From: an uncultured bacterium | GTDB lineage: Bacteria > UBP6 > UBA1177 > JAKLFG01 | Length of the DNA: 64,000 nt | Reading direction: 5' to 3' | NCBI GenBank assembly: GCA_937871295.1 | Contig: CALMRE010000219.1 | Coordinates: 174 to 64,173, forward strand | Shown: piece by piece, positions 50,451-59,672 of the stretch | Numbering within the stretch: position 1 is the stretch's first letter | How the letters are laid out: every line of letters starts with the position of its first letter | Position numbers and translations under genes: made by a program | The notes under the pieces: generated by a model | The model's database searches: none | The model's input: only the letters and a program-made list of their open reading frames with translations | What the model was told of the DNA's origin: nothing

Positions 50451-51011
50451 CTAAAGTCCTATCTCGGCGCTTCGCTGCGCCATCCCGTCGCGGGTAAGGG
50501 TCAACAGTTCCTCGACCCCGATACCGAACCATCCCTCGGCCGCCTTCATCTGGTCGCGGTTGGCCCCCTGCGCAAAGCGTTTTTCGGTGAAACGCTTCAG
50601 CATGAATTCGACGGGGACCGCGGCAACCTTTTTCGAGGGGTGCATCAGGGCGCAGGCGACGATGAAACCGGTCGCCGGATCGACGGCATAGAGCGCGCGA
50701 CCCATCGTGCTTTCGACCGGCACATTGCCCGAATGTTCGAGTATGGCACGCAGGATATCTTCGTCGGTAAAACCCAGAGCCCGCAGTATCTCGCCCGACA
50801 CCTTTCCATGGCGCGGGAAATCGTCTTTGGTCCGGTCGTAGTCGAGATCGTGGAGCAGGCCCGCCAGCGCCCAGCGGTCGGCGTCGCCGCCCAGTCGTCC
50901 GGCCATCGCGCGCATCGCCGCCTCGACCGCCCAGCAGTGTTTGATGAGGTTCGGGTTGGCAAGGTGTTCGGCGAGCAGTCCCGCCGCCCGCGTCAGGGTC
51001 CAGTCGTTCAT
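50451..51011 (-). CDS. HD/HDIG-domain phosphohydrolase
   Basis: H...HD motif (GLLHDLDY), with downstream His/Asp residues. Confidence 0.6.
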   Translation of the reverse strand: MNDWTLTRAAGLLAEHLANPNLIKHCWAVEAAMRAMAGRLGGDADRWALAGLLHDLDYDRTKDDFPRHGKVSGEILRALGFTDEDILRAILEHSGNVPVESTMGRALYAVDPATGFIVACALMHPSKKVAAVPVEFMLKRFTEKRFAQGANRDQMKAAEGWFGIGVEELLTLTRDGMAQRSAEIGL

Positions 51012-51189
51012 GGGGCTCTCCCCGTTCAGTCCGGCGGAATAGTACCGCCGGAAGGGATAAAATCAAGTTTCCAAAGGGGAAACGGAGCGCGCGAAAAAAT
51101 TTGACTTCGACGGGCCATTCTGCTACCTTCGGTGCGACTCATTTCTTTCCATTCGGAGTTAACGGGAAACCTTGAGAGGAGGATGCTCC

Positions 51190-51423
51190 ATGAAGAAACT
51201 TTTTCTGCTGGTCGTGCTTGTGGCGGCGGTTGCCGCTTCCTGCACCCAGCCCCGGTTCATCACCCACATGACGCACCGTGACAAGGACAACACCATCAAG
51301 TTCGTCACTTATCAGGAGCGTTTTATGAAGACCCCCGACTATCAGGTCTTCAAGTGCAACATGGAAGCCGACGGCCGCCTGTTCCAGTGCCGTGCGATGA
51401 CCCTAACTTGGAACTTGGACTAA
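51190..51423 (+). CDS. Small lipoprotein, paralog 1 of 4 (C-N-x-x-D-x3-FQC family)
   Basis: Lipobox AASC; FKCNMEADGRLFQC. SD GGAGGA 7 nt upstream. Confidence 0.55.
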   Translation: MKKLFLLVVLVAAVAASCTQPRFITHMTHRDKDNTIKFVTYQERFMKTPDYQVFKCNMEADGRLFQCRAMTLTWNLD

Positions 51424-51436
51424 GGAGGGAAGTACT

Positions 51437-51736
51437 ATGAAAAAACTTATTCTGGTGCTTTCGCTCGTCGTGATGCTGATCGGGACATCCTGCATGACCC
51501 GCAACATCCGCAAGATCACCGATCACAACACCCGTCCGCTGACCGCTATCGAGTCGGCCGACTGGTACATGTCCCGCGAGATCGTCCGCTTCTTCCTCTC
51601 GTTCGCCGGTGCTGAAGCGGCCGCCAAGTATCCGACCACCCTGTATCGTTTCTGGACCTGCGCCGATACCGGCGAAGGACTTGACTGCAAGGTCGAGTGT
51701 GATGGCGAGACCGATCTTGACTGTATCGGCTGGTAA
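51437..51736 (+). CDS. Small lipoprotein, paralog 2 of 4
   Basis: Lipobox GTSC; WTCADTGEGLDCKVEC plus extra Cys. SD AAGGAGG. Confidence 0.55.
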   Translation: MKKLILVLSLVVMLIGTSCMTRNIRKITDHNTRPLTAIESADWYMSREIVRFFLSFAGAEAAAKYPTTLYRFWTCADTGEGLDCKVECDGETDLDCIGW

Positions 51737-51748
51737 GGAGGTAACACT

Positions 51749-52048
51749 ATGAAAAAAATAATTATTCTCGCTATCGTGGCGATGTCGCTGATCTTCACCG
51801 GGTGCGCCTCGCCCCAGTGGCTCACTTCCAACAAGTTCCTCGGCGAAGACAAGATCATGAAGGAGTTCTACGCGCTCCGCATCCAGGCGGCGCAGGCTGT
51901 GGTCGATGACCAGAATACCGAATACTTCGACTACACCGTCCGCGTCTGCAATGTCGACGACAGCGGTACTCTGAGCCAGTGCATGGATACCGTCATCCTC
52001 GAGAACGTGATGCAGAACACCTTGTACAACAACTTTGCCGAGAACTAA
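51749..52048 (+). CDS. Small lipoprotein, paralog 3 of 4
   Basis: Lipobox FTGC; RVCNVDDSGTLSQC. SD AAGGAGG. Confidence 0.55.
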   Translation: MKKIIILAIVAMSLIFTGCASPQWLTSNKFLGEDKIMKEFYALRIQAAQAVVDDQNTEYFDYTVRVCNVDDSGTLSQCMDTVILENVMQNTLYNNFAEN

Positions 52049-52063
52049 ACGAGGGAGTAACAC

Positions 52064-52483
52064 ATGAAAAAGATACTGCTTATCTGCGCGGTCGTCGCGG
52101 CCCTCGTTATGGTGTCGTGTACGGTCGAGAAGAGAACGGTCACCGCGAAGCACAAAAAGAACGAGACCACCTTCTACTGGGCCTACTACGAGTGGGAAGA
52201 AAGTTCCTTCTTCTTCACTTGGGTCCATGATGACTGGTCGAAGGTCAAGCGCTGCAACCTGCGCGACGACAACACCTTCCAGTGTGTCGAAGAGCAGGAG
52301 GCGATCGCCGTCATCAACCCGCAGTGGACCGGTGAAGTGAACCAGTCCAGCGGTGAGCCGGCCTCGGCCGAAGCGGCCCCGGCCGAAGAAGCGGCCCCCG
52401 CCGAAGCGGCTCCGGCCGAAGCGGCCCCCGCGGAAGAGGCTCCCGCCGAAGCTCCGGCTGAGGAAGCGCCCGCCGCCGAGTGA
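52064..52483 (+). CDS. Small lipoprotein, paralog 4 of 4, with C-terminal (AAPAE)n acidic repeat tail
   Basis: Lipobox MVSC; KRCNLRDDNTFQC. The tail is EAAPAEEAAPAEAAPAEAAPAEEAPAEAPAEEAPAAE. SD GAGGGAG. Confidence 0.55.
   Translation: MKKILLICAVVAALVMVSCTVEKRTVTAKHKKNETTFYWAYYEWEESSFFFTWVHDDWSKVKRCNLRDDNTFQCVEEQEAIAVINPQWTGEVNQSSGEPASAEAAPAEEAAPAEAAPAEAAPAEEAPAEAPAEEAPAAE
52360..52482 (+). repeat. 15-bp tandem repeat (gccgaagcggccccc-type) encoding (AAPAE)n
   Basis: Seven to eight imperfect units are visible in the DNA. Confidence 0.55.
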
Positions 52484-52508
52484 TCGCGCGGTAAGATTCT
52501 GCTTTTAG

Positions 52509-52537
52509 GACCCCGCTTTCGAGCGGGGTCTTTTTTT
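52509..52537 (+). terminator. Rho-independent terminator after the lipoprotein array
   Basis: gaccccgc-tttcga-gcggggtc hairpin (8-bp GC stem) followed by TTTTTTT. Confidence 0.6.
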
Positions 52538-53567
52538 ATTGAATCATTCCAACCGCGTCGAGGTCGAAGCCGGCGCTCTCATGGGTCGGGCAGGGGTCGT
52601 AGATCGGGCGGCCGCCGTTGTCGGTCATAGAGCCGTCGCCCCGGACATCGACGACACGGACATGGGTGACGGCCGACAGGTTGACCGTCGCATCCTTCCC
52701 GGCAAGCGTCGCGAGATCGAACGGGACGCCCCATCCGGCGCGATACTTCCCGGCAAGGCCGTCGATGAGCGCCGGATCGAGCGTGCCGTATTCGGAGACC
52801 GGCTCGGTGCCCAGATAGGTCGCGCCAAACCGGACGAAGGTAACGCCGTCGCTCGACACCTCCACAAAGGCAAGCTCCAGAAAATCGTCTGAAAAAGAGT
52901 TCTCGAACACGACGATATCGGGTCCGTCGCCGTCGGTCAGCGGTTCGTCGAAGGTCAGCGTGATACTGCCGCCGTCGCCCAGAGAGACGACCGCGGTCGC
53001 GTTCCCTTCGGCCGGACCGAGCGCCTTGTCGGTATCCTTCCACTCCTCGGTCAGATTGTCGCCCCGGACCACTTCGGCGATGCCGGAGGCCCATGCGGTA
53101 ATGCGCGGGTCATCCTTCGCGACGGCGGGAGAGCCGGTGGTGCCGGCTGCTCCCGCGAAGGTCGTGGGGGTCAGTTTGGTCCACCCGAAGCCGTTGCACC
53201 CGGTGTCGAGTTTCTCGGCGTCGGCCGGGACGGCCGCCTCGGCCTCGGCCGCCGAATCCTTGTCGTAGACCGTCTGGCAGAAGTAGAGGTCGTCGCCGCT
53301 CCACGCCCAGTCCATCCGGCTCCACTTGCCGGGGTTGAAACTTTTCACGGCGTCGTTCTGCGCCACGACAAAGTCCTTTTTGTTGTCGTACTTCGTGATG
53401 TGAAATATCCCCATATCGCCCTGATCCCACAGCGTCGCGGTGATGACATGGGTATACTCGTAATCGTCGCTGTAGGTGCCGATGATCTCGATAGGTCCCT
53501 GTTGTTTCTCCTCGTCGCAGGCGAACAGGAACAGGAACATGAAAAGAGCGGTGAACAGGTTCTTCAT
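52536..53567 (-). CDS. Surface lipoprotein, hypothetical (second lipoprotein downstream of btuB)
   Basis: Lipobox LFLFACDEE; a beta-rich, Asp/Gly-rich C-terminal half. Confidence 0.45.
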   Translation of the reverse strand: MKNLFTALFMFLFLFACDEEKQQGPIEIIGTYSDDYEYTHVITATLWDQGDMGIFHITKYDNKKDFVVAQNDAVKSFNPGKWSRMDWAWSGDDLYFCQTVYDKDSAAEAEAAVPADAEKLDTGCNGFGWTKLTPTTFAGAAGTTGSPAVAKDDPRITAWASGIAEVVRGDNLTEEWKDTDKALGPAEGNATAVVSLGDGGSITLTFDEPLTDGDGPDIVVFENSFSDDFLELAFVEVSSDGVTFVRFGATYLGTEPVSEYGTLDPALIDGLAGKYRAGWGVPFDLATLAGKDATVNLSAVTHVRVVDVRGDGSMTDNGGRPIYDPCPTHESAGFDLDAVGMIQ

Positions 53568-53588
53568 CCGTTTCCTCCTATAAAGCGC

Positions 53589-54818
53589 TTATGGTTCGTG
53601 TATCCAGAGACGGAGCGCCGCGGGGGCGCCGTCGAAGGGTATCGTTGTTATCGTGCCGGTCGCGGTGTCGAGTGCGTTGAGGCGGCTGCGCGGAGAGCCA
53701 TCCACGAATATCTGATCGAAGAAATAGACTCGTCCGGTGAAGGGGCTCTGGTCTATCGGTATCGCGGCGAAGGCGTTAATGTCGCTCACGATACGCCGCA
53801 CCGTGCCGTCGCGTTCGAGTACCTGCAGGTGCCCCTGCCAGTCGCCGTCCATCGCGGTGAAGTAGATGCGGCCGTCGGCAAGCACCGCCAGATCGCCCAT
53901 CTTCACATCGAGCGGCGAATGCTCGTCGGTCGTTTCGTGCAGGATGACGGAGACAGTGCCGCTGAAAAGATCGACCCGGACAATGCCGCCGTCGCGTGCC
54001 TGATAGGACCCGGAGCACGAGACGAAAAGCTGGTCGGGCGAAAGGAGCGGGTTGACCGCCAGCTTCGAGGTGGGATCGGCAAGCGGCAGGTCGATGGGGG
54101 AAAGCGGTGTCCCCTCGGCGGTATGACGGGCAAGCCGTCCGCCGCGCGAAAGCCAGTCGGGACCGAGCAGTTGGAGCGCCGTCACCGTCCGTCCGCCCGT
54201 TCGCAAAAGCCCCGCGGGGGCCGGATCGGTGCCGTCGGGGGCGAAGGCGGCGAGCGGTATCTCGCCCGCCGATTTCCCGGAGCCGTCGAACAGAAGCAGG
54301 CGGTCGTACTGGTTCGCCGAAACGATGTAGCGCGTCCCGTCCCAGAGGGCATCGTAGAAATTGGCGTAGCGGTCGACCGGCGAGGCGATGGTGGTGTAAC
54401 GCGGATCGCCGTCGCGCGGTTCGTAGACCCAGACGGTGTCGGCGCCGTCGCGGCCGACGACCATGAGCCGGTCGGCGGCGGTCGCGAGCGTCAGGTCGGT
54501 CCCCTCGGGGCCTCCCAGCGGCGTCGGGAAGGTCAGTTCACGCAGGTCGTCCAGCCGTTCCCCCGGCGCGAGGAGGATATGGCCGGAGCGCGGGGCGTCG
54601 TAGCCGCCGGTCGTCGCGATGACCAGATCGGCGGCGACACAGGAACCGAGATAGGGATGGGTTCCGGCGGGGCAGACGGTATCGTCGTCGGGAACCGTGC
54701 TGTCGGTCAAGGCGGTATAGTCGGTCGTCGCGGCCATATCGATGTCGGCGGGCAGTTCGGTAAGGTCCGGAGCGCAAGCGATCGGCAGAAAGGCCATGAG
54801 GAACAGTAGCCGTTTCAT
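53589..54818 (-). CDS. Beta-propeller-like surface lipoprotein immediately downstream of btuB (BtuG-like by position)
   Basis: Lipobox LPIACAPD; repeated beta-strand/DG motifs. SD GGAGGGGG upstream of the ATG. Its start overlaps the TBDR stop. The track ORF extension to 55280 was rejected. Confidence 0.5.
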   Translation of the reverse strand: MKRLLFLMAFLPIACAPDLTELPADIDMAATTDYTALTDSTVPDDDTVCPAGTHPYLGSCVAADLVIATTGGYDAPRSGHILLAPGERLDDLRELTFPTPLGGPEGTDLTLATAADRLMVVGRDGADTVWVYEPRDGDPRYTTIASPVDRYANFYDALWDGTRYIVSANQYDRLLLFDGSGKSAGEIPLAAFAPDGTDPAPAGLLRTGGRTVTALQLLGPDWLSRGGRLARHTAEGTPLSPIDLPLADPTSKLAVNPLLSPDQLFVSCSGSYQARDGGIVRVDLFSGTVSVILHETTDEHSPLDVKMGDLAVLADGRIYFTAMDGDWQGHLQVLERDGTVRRIVSDINAFAAIPIDQSPFTGRVYFFDQIFVDGSPRSRLNALDTATGTITTIPFDGAPAALRLWIHEP

Positions 54819-56860
54819 ACGCCCCCTCCGATGTCGAGGGCAAGGCCGAGATAGAGCGATACCCCGGCGGTGCCGTAGCCTTTCACCAGTTCGTACCGGT
54901 CGTCGAAGAGATTCTCGATGCGGCCGAAGATACGGCAGAGCGGCGCGGCGCGCACCGATACGGCGAGCGACCCGATGACGGCGGTCGGGAGCGTCACGGT
55001 GACCGGTTCGTACGGATAGCGGTACTCGATATCGCGGCGCGGGCCGATGACCGTCACCCCCAAGTTCGCGTTGAAGATCGGGTCGGGATTCCAGTCTGTC
55101 CAGAGGTTGGCGAGGTGGGCGGGACGCCGCAGGACCGGCCGGGTGTCGCGCCAGTCGCGGCCGTCGTAGGTGACCACGGCGAAGGCGTCGGTGGCGGTGT
55201 AGGTGTAGTTGGCGGTGATCGTGAGGGTCCGGTGGGGCCGCGCCGAAAGGGCCGTCTCGATGCCCCACGCCGTCAGCCACCCGATGTTCTGATAGCGTCC
55301 GCAGAGCATCCCGTCACAGCCGTAGGAGAACTCTATCGCGCTGCGTGTCTCCTGATAAAAGCCGTTCACTTCGATGAGAAGCTGGCGCTCCCACAGCCGT
55401 TGTTCGATACCGCCGTCGAGGGCATTGGTCTCTTCGGGACGGAGGAATTCCGAGCCGTACTTGCTGTAGAGCTGGAAGAGACTCGGCGGCTTGAAGGCGC
55501 TCCCGACGCTCGCCCGCAGAGTCGTGTCGCTCGGGGCGATGAGGTAGGCCGCCTCCACACTGTAGGTGCCGCGCGGCAGCTTCTTCAGATATTCGCTTGC
55601 GAGCAGTACCGGCGAGCCGGTCGTGTCGAGGGTCGTGTGATGGAGACGGTACAGGAACAGGTCGAACCGGCCGCCCGCCGTGATGGAGAGGCCGTCGAGC
55701 GGCGTCACGGTGTCCTGCAGATAAAGCCCGAGGTCAAAGGAACTTTTCCGGTCAATAGCAAGGCCGGTGACGGGCCGCGTGCGGTCGTTTTTCTGATCGG
55801 CGGCCCCCTGTCCGGCGGTGAATACCGCGCCGGTCCGGAGACGATTGTAGGGGATCGCGGTGATGTCGTTACGCCATGCCGCCTCGATGGTGTCGCCGAT
55901 AAAGAAGATGCGCGAGAACCCCCATTCGTCCTGCGGGCCGTTGGGTTGATTGCGGTCGTCGCAGGAACGGCGGGCGACGGAGAGTTCGAAGGTCTGGCCC
56001 CATGCACCGTCAAAAAGAGAACCATCTGCCGCGAAATGTCCCAGCAGGCGGTCCGAGGAGAAGATGCGGTCGGGGTCGTCGCGCCAGCGCCCCGGTCCGT
56101 TGTCGATATCGGCGTCGGCGCCGATGTAACGGAGCGCTGCCGAAAACCGCCACCGGTCGCCCGCCGCGACGCCGAACCGTCCGGCGACGGTCAGAGTCCG
56201 TGCACGGTCCTCCTCGCTGTTGCCGTCGTGTTCGGCCGCCGCCGAATAGCCGCCGGTGTCGAGATAAGAAGCGTTCATCGCGTAGTCGCCGCGTGCCGTG
56301 CCGCCGCGGAGTCCCGCCGACAGCCGCAAATGGTTAACCGCGATGTCGCCGGGGGCGAGATCGACCATGCCGCTTTCGGCGGAAAGTGAAAGACGGGCCG
56401 GACCGCCGCCCCCCCGCGAGGTGATGAGGACCGCGCCGCTCATCGCGTCGGGACCGAAGATGACCGCCTGCGGGCCGCGCAGTATCTCAATGCGCTCGAT
56501 GCCGTCGGCCATGATGTCGGACAGATCGGCGGCGTTCTCGACCGAAAAGGGGTCGTTGAGCCGCACCCCGTCGAGGAGTACCAGCGCGTGACCGCCTTTC
56601 CCTCCGCGTATGAAAAGGCTCGTCAGCCCGCCCGCACCGCCGGAGGTCGAGATGTGGATGCCGGGCGTTTCGCGCAGGAGTTCGGCGACGGTATCTTTTT
56701 GTTTCTTCTCTATCTGTTTTTCGGTGATGACGGTGGTGGCGCGGGCGGTATCATCGCCCTCCCGCTTTTCGCTCACGACGGTGCGATAGGGCTCTTCGGC
56801 GGCATGAAGGGCACAAAAGGAGATAAGGGAGAATAACAGGATCGCCGTACGCACAGGCAT
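54815..56860 (-). CDS. btuB: TonB-dependent outer-membrane receptor, BtuB-like (cobalamin riboswitch-controlled)
   Basis: Signal peptide; plug domain (TVITEKQIEKKQ, IRGG); a 22-strand barrel; a cobalamin riboswitch in the 5' leader. Start at MPVRTAILL. Confidence 0.8.
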   Translation of the reverse strand: MPVRTAILLFSLISFCALHAAEEPYRTVVSEKREGDDTARATTVITEKQIEKKQKDTVAELLRETPGIHISTSGGAGGLTSLFIRGGKGGHALVLLDGVRLNDPFSVENAADLSDIMADGIERIEILRGPQAVIFGPDAMSGAVLITSRGGGGPARLSLSAESGMVDLAPGDIAVNHLRLSAGLRGGTARGDYAMNASYLDTGGYSAAAEHDGNSEEDRARTLTVAGRFGVAAGDRWRFSAALRYIGADADIDNGPGRWRDDPDRIFSSDRLLGHFAADGSLFDGAWGQTFELSVARRSCDDRNQPNGPQDEWGFSRIFFIGDTIEAAWRNDITAIPYNRLRTGAVFTAGQGAADQKNDRTRPVTGLAIDRKSSFDLGLYLQDTVTPLDGLSITAGGRFDLFLYRLHHTTLDTTGSPVLLASEYLKKLPRGTYSVEAAYLIAPSDTTLRASVGSAFKPPSLFQLYSKYGSEFLRPEETNALDGGIEQRLWERQLLIEVNGFYQETRSAIEFSYGCDGMLCGRYQNIGWLTAWGIETALSARPHRTLTITANYTYTATDAFAVVTYDGRDWRDTRPVLRRPAHLANLWTDWNPDPIFNANLGVTVIGPRRDIEYRYPYEPVTVTLPTAVIGSLAVSVRAAPLCRIFGRIENLFDDRYELVKGYGTAGVSLYLGLALDIGGGV

Positions 56861-56894
56861 TGTCCCTCCGCGGGGTCGCACTGTTCACGATTCC

Positions 56895-57035
56895 GCTTTC
56901 GGATATTCTGGCTTGCGGTCAACCGGAGCGCCGCCCCTTCCCGCCGTACGGCAGTGGGCTATTGCGGCGTCCGTCGCGCTTACAGCTGCGGGACAGCACC
57001 GGATTCACACCGGATTTCCCCGTCTGCGGACACAG
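56895..57035 (-). promoter_or_regulatory. Cobalamin (AdoCbl) riboswitch in the btuB 5' leader, with upstream TTGACA-17-TACTAA promoter (about 57040-57072)
   Basis: The minus-strand RNA reads GGGGAAAUCCGGUGUGAAUCCGGUGCUGUCCCGCAGCUGUAAGCG...AGCCCACUGCCGUACGGCGGGAAGG. This closely parallels the E. coli btuB leader (GGGAAUCCAGUGCGAAUCUGGAGCUGACGCGCAGCGGUAAGG...CACUGCC...GGGAAG) and the B12-box consensus GCCACUG. Confidence 0.7.
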
Positions 57036-57082
57036 GTCGTTAGTATCACGATGATGCAGAGATGTCAAGGAAGGGTGGGCGG

Positions 57083-58552
57083 TCAGACGCCCCGTTTCAG
57101 CGCGATGGCCCGTTCGTAGAGGGCGACATAGGCCTTGGCGCTCTCTTCCCAGCTGAAATCCTTGGCCATCGCCGCCTGCCGCATCGCGGTGATGTGGGCG
57201 GGACGGTCGTACCAGGTCGAAACGGCCCAGCCGACGGTGTCGTAGACGGCGGTCTGCGAGAGGACATTGAATTTGAAGCCGGTGCCGGTCCCCGCCTTCT
57301 CGTCGTACTGTTCGACCGTATCTTCCAGCCCCCCGGTCGCCCGGACAATGGGAAGGGTGCCGTACTTGAGCGAGTATATCTGGTTGAGGCCGCACGGTTC
57401 GTACTGCGAGGGCATCAGGAAAAAATCGCTTCCTGCTTCGATGAGATGCGACAGTTCGTCGCTGTAGCCGATGTAGGAACCGACCCGGCCGGGATAGCGC
57501 GCCGGGAGTCCGCCGTAATACTGTTCAAGCACCTTGTCGCCCGATCCGAGCACGGCGAACTGCGCCACCATGTCCTTGAGGATATGATCGAGCACCTGCC
57601 CGACCACATCGAGCCCCTTCTGCGCGACAAAGCGGCTGATGACGCCGATGATCGGCAGTTTCGGATCGACCGTGAGGCCCAGCGTTTCCTGTAGTAGTTT
57701 CTTTGCCGCCGCCTTGCCTTTCATATCGCGGGCCGAATAGCGGGCCGGGAGATGTTTGTCGTTCTCGGGCGACCAGAGGGCATAATCAACACCGTTCAAG
57801 ATGCCGGTGTAGCGGTCTCCCTTGTTATTGAGGAACGGCGCCATGCCGCACGACAGCGGGCCGGAACGGGTCTCTTTGGCGTAGGTCGGGCTCACGGTGT
57901 TGACCATCTCGGCGAAGTAGATACCGCCTTTGAGATAGTTCAGTCGACCGTGGTCCTCGAATATGTCGGGCTTGAAGTTCTCCAGTTTGAGTCCGGTATA
58001 GTCGAGATGCTCCGAGCCGTAGATCCCCTGATAGGCGATGTTGTGTATCGTCAGTACTCCGGCCGCCTTGGCGAGCAGCGGATCGTTCCAGTGCCAGACC
58101 TTGAGATAGGCCATCGTTGAAGCCGCCTGCCAGTCGTGAGCGTGGATGATGTCGGGCATCCAGTACATGTCGCGGAGCAATTGCAACGCGGCGCGGCTGA
58201 AGAAGGCGAAACGTTTTGGGTTGTCGGGATAGTCGTTGAACCACGCGTCGTGATAGAGTCCGTCGCGTTGGAAATACTTGTTATACTCGATGAAATAGAC
58301 GGTGATGCCGCCGTCACTGTGCGCCTTGTGGACCGCGCACCACTCAAGGGTATTGCCCATCCAGACGCCGAGTTGCGCCATGAAGGGCTTGATGCCGCGC
58401 TTTTCGATATCGACCGATCCATAGAGCGGCAGGATGATCACGACCTCATGGCCGAGTTTTGAGAGCGCCTTGGGAAGCGCGCCCACCACATCGGCCAGTC
58501 CGCCCGTCTTGGCGAACGGGACACACTCGGAAGAGATCATCGCGATCTTCAT
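57083..58552 (-). CDS. glgA: Glycogen synthase (ADP-glucose type)
   Basis: MKIAMISSECVPFAKTGGLADVVGALPKAL is a classic GlgA N-terminus; it is a GT5/GT1 fold. Confidence 0.85.
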   Translation of the reverse strand: MKIAMISSECVPFAKTGGLADVVGALPKALSKLGHEVVIILPLYGSVDIEKRGIKPFMAQLGVWMGNTLEWCAVHKAHSDGGITVYFIEYNKYFQRDGLYHDAWFNDYPDNPKRFAFFSRAALQLLRDMYWMPDIIHAHDWQAASTMAYLKVWHWNDPLLAKAAGVLTIHNIAYQGIYGSEHLDYTGLKLENFKPDIFEDHGRLNYLKGGIYFAEMVNTVSPTYAKETRSGPLSCGMAPFLNNKGDRYTGILNGVDYALWSPENDKHLPARYSARDMKGKAAAKKLLQETLGLTVDPKLPIIGVISRFVAQKGLDVVGQVLDHILKDMVAQFAVLGSGDKVLEQYYGGLPARYPGRVGSYIGYSDELSHLIEAGSDFFLMPSQYEPCGLNQIYSLKYGTLPIVRATGGLEDTVEQYDEKAGTGTGFKFNVLSQTAVYDTVGWAVSTWYDRPAHITAMRQAAMAKDFSWEESAKAYVALYERAIALKRGV

Positions 58553-58561
58553 GAGAACACC

Positions 58562-59647
58562 CTATATGTTGGCAAGCAGTTCGGCGGAGAGCTGTCCGAC
58601 CAGTTTTTTCACCGGGACGATCTCGGTGCACCGGTAGGCGTTGGAGCCGGCGAAAACGAAGGCATCCTCGAACTCGCCGCGCGAGGCGTCGTCCAGTACC
58701 TTGGCGATGCAGTAGGGAACGGTGTTCGGATCGCAGGTCCGCAGGCAGTGATGACGGCAGAGGAACGGGACCGTATCGCCCTCCTGTACCCGCGAGACGA
58801 AGGTGCTCTTGATGACGCGGCCGGGAAGGCCCACCGGACTCGCGATGATGACCGTGTCCTCCTTCTTCGCATCGATATAGGCCTGTTTGAACCGCTGATC
58901 GACATCGCATTCGTCGGTGCAGACGAACCGCGTCGCCATCTGAACGCCGGCCGCTCCGAGTTTCAGGAATCTCGCGATATCGGCGCCGTCGAAGATGCCG
59001 CCCGCCGCAATGACCGGCAGCGGCCGGTCGAGCGTTGCGGTGAAGGCGACCAGTTCGGTCACCAGCTGCTCCAGCGTGGGCGCTTCGTTGCGGGTCAGGT
59101 CGTCGAAGGAATAGCCGAGATGGCCGCCCGCCTCCGGACCCTCCACGATGACCGCGTCGGGAAGCCGGTCGTAGTTCTGTTTCCATTTGCGGCAGATGAG
59201 GGAAAGTGCGCGGGCCGAAGAAACTATCGGGACCAGTTTGATGTTCTTTCCGTTAAGGTATTTCGGCAGATCGAGCGGCAGTCCCGAGCCGCAGACGATC
59301 ATATCCACATTCTCTTCGACGCAGACGGTGACCAGTTCGGCGAAGTTGGAAAGGACCACCATTACATTGACGCCGATGACACCGGTCGGCGCAAGGGTCC
59401 GCGCTTTCCGTATCTCGGCCCGCAGGGCATCGTTGTTGACCGCGACGAAGGTGTCGGTCGAGGAATGTTCGTAGTCGCCTAAGCCTACGCTCGCGATCAT
59501 CCCGGCGCACCCTTCGTTGGCGACGGCCGCCGCCAATCCGCCGCGCGAGACGCGAACCCCCATCGCTCCCTGTATGATGGGAGGGGAGATCTTTAAGTTG
59601 CCGATGTGCAGAGCAGGCATGGTAGTAGATGTCATGAGAGAAGCCAC
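58562..59647 (-). CDS. Nitronate monooxygenase / FabK-like FMN-dependent oxidoreductase (NPD family)
   Basis: TIM-barrel NPD motifs IIQGAMGV, GAAGVQMATRF, PVIAAGGI. Confidence 0.65.
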   Translation of the reverse strand: MASLMTSTTMPALHIGNLKISPPIIQGAMGVRVSRGGLAAAVANEGCAGMIASVGLGDYEHSSTDTFVAVNNDALRAEIRKARTLAPTGVIGVNVMVVLSNFAELVTVCVEENVDMIVCGSGLPLDLPKYLNGKNIKLVPIVSSARALSLICRKWKQNYDRLPDAVIVEGPEAGGHLGYSFDDLTRNEAPTLEQLVTELVAFTATLDRPLPVIAAGGIFDGADIARFLKLGAAGVQMATRFVCTDECDVDQRFKQAYIDAKKEDTVIIASPVGLPGRVIKSTFVSRVQEGDTVPFLCRHHCLRTCDPNTVPYCIAKVLDDASRGEFEDAFVFAGSNAYRCTEIVPVKKLVGQLSAELLANI

Positions 59648-59672
59648 CGTATGTTTGAATAAATATATGTAC

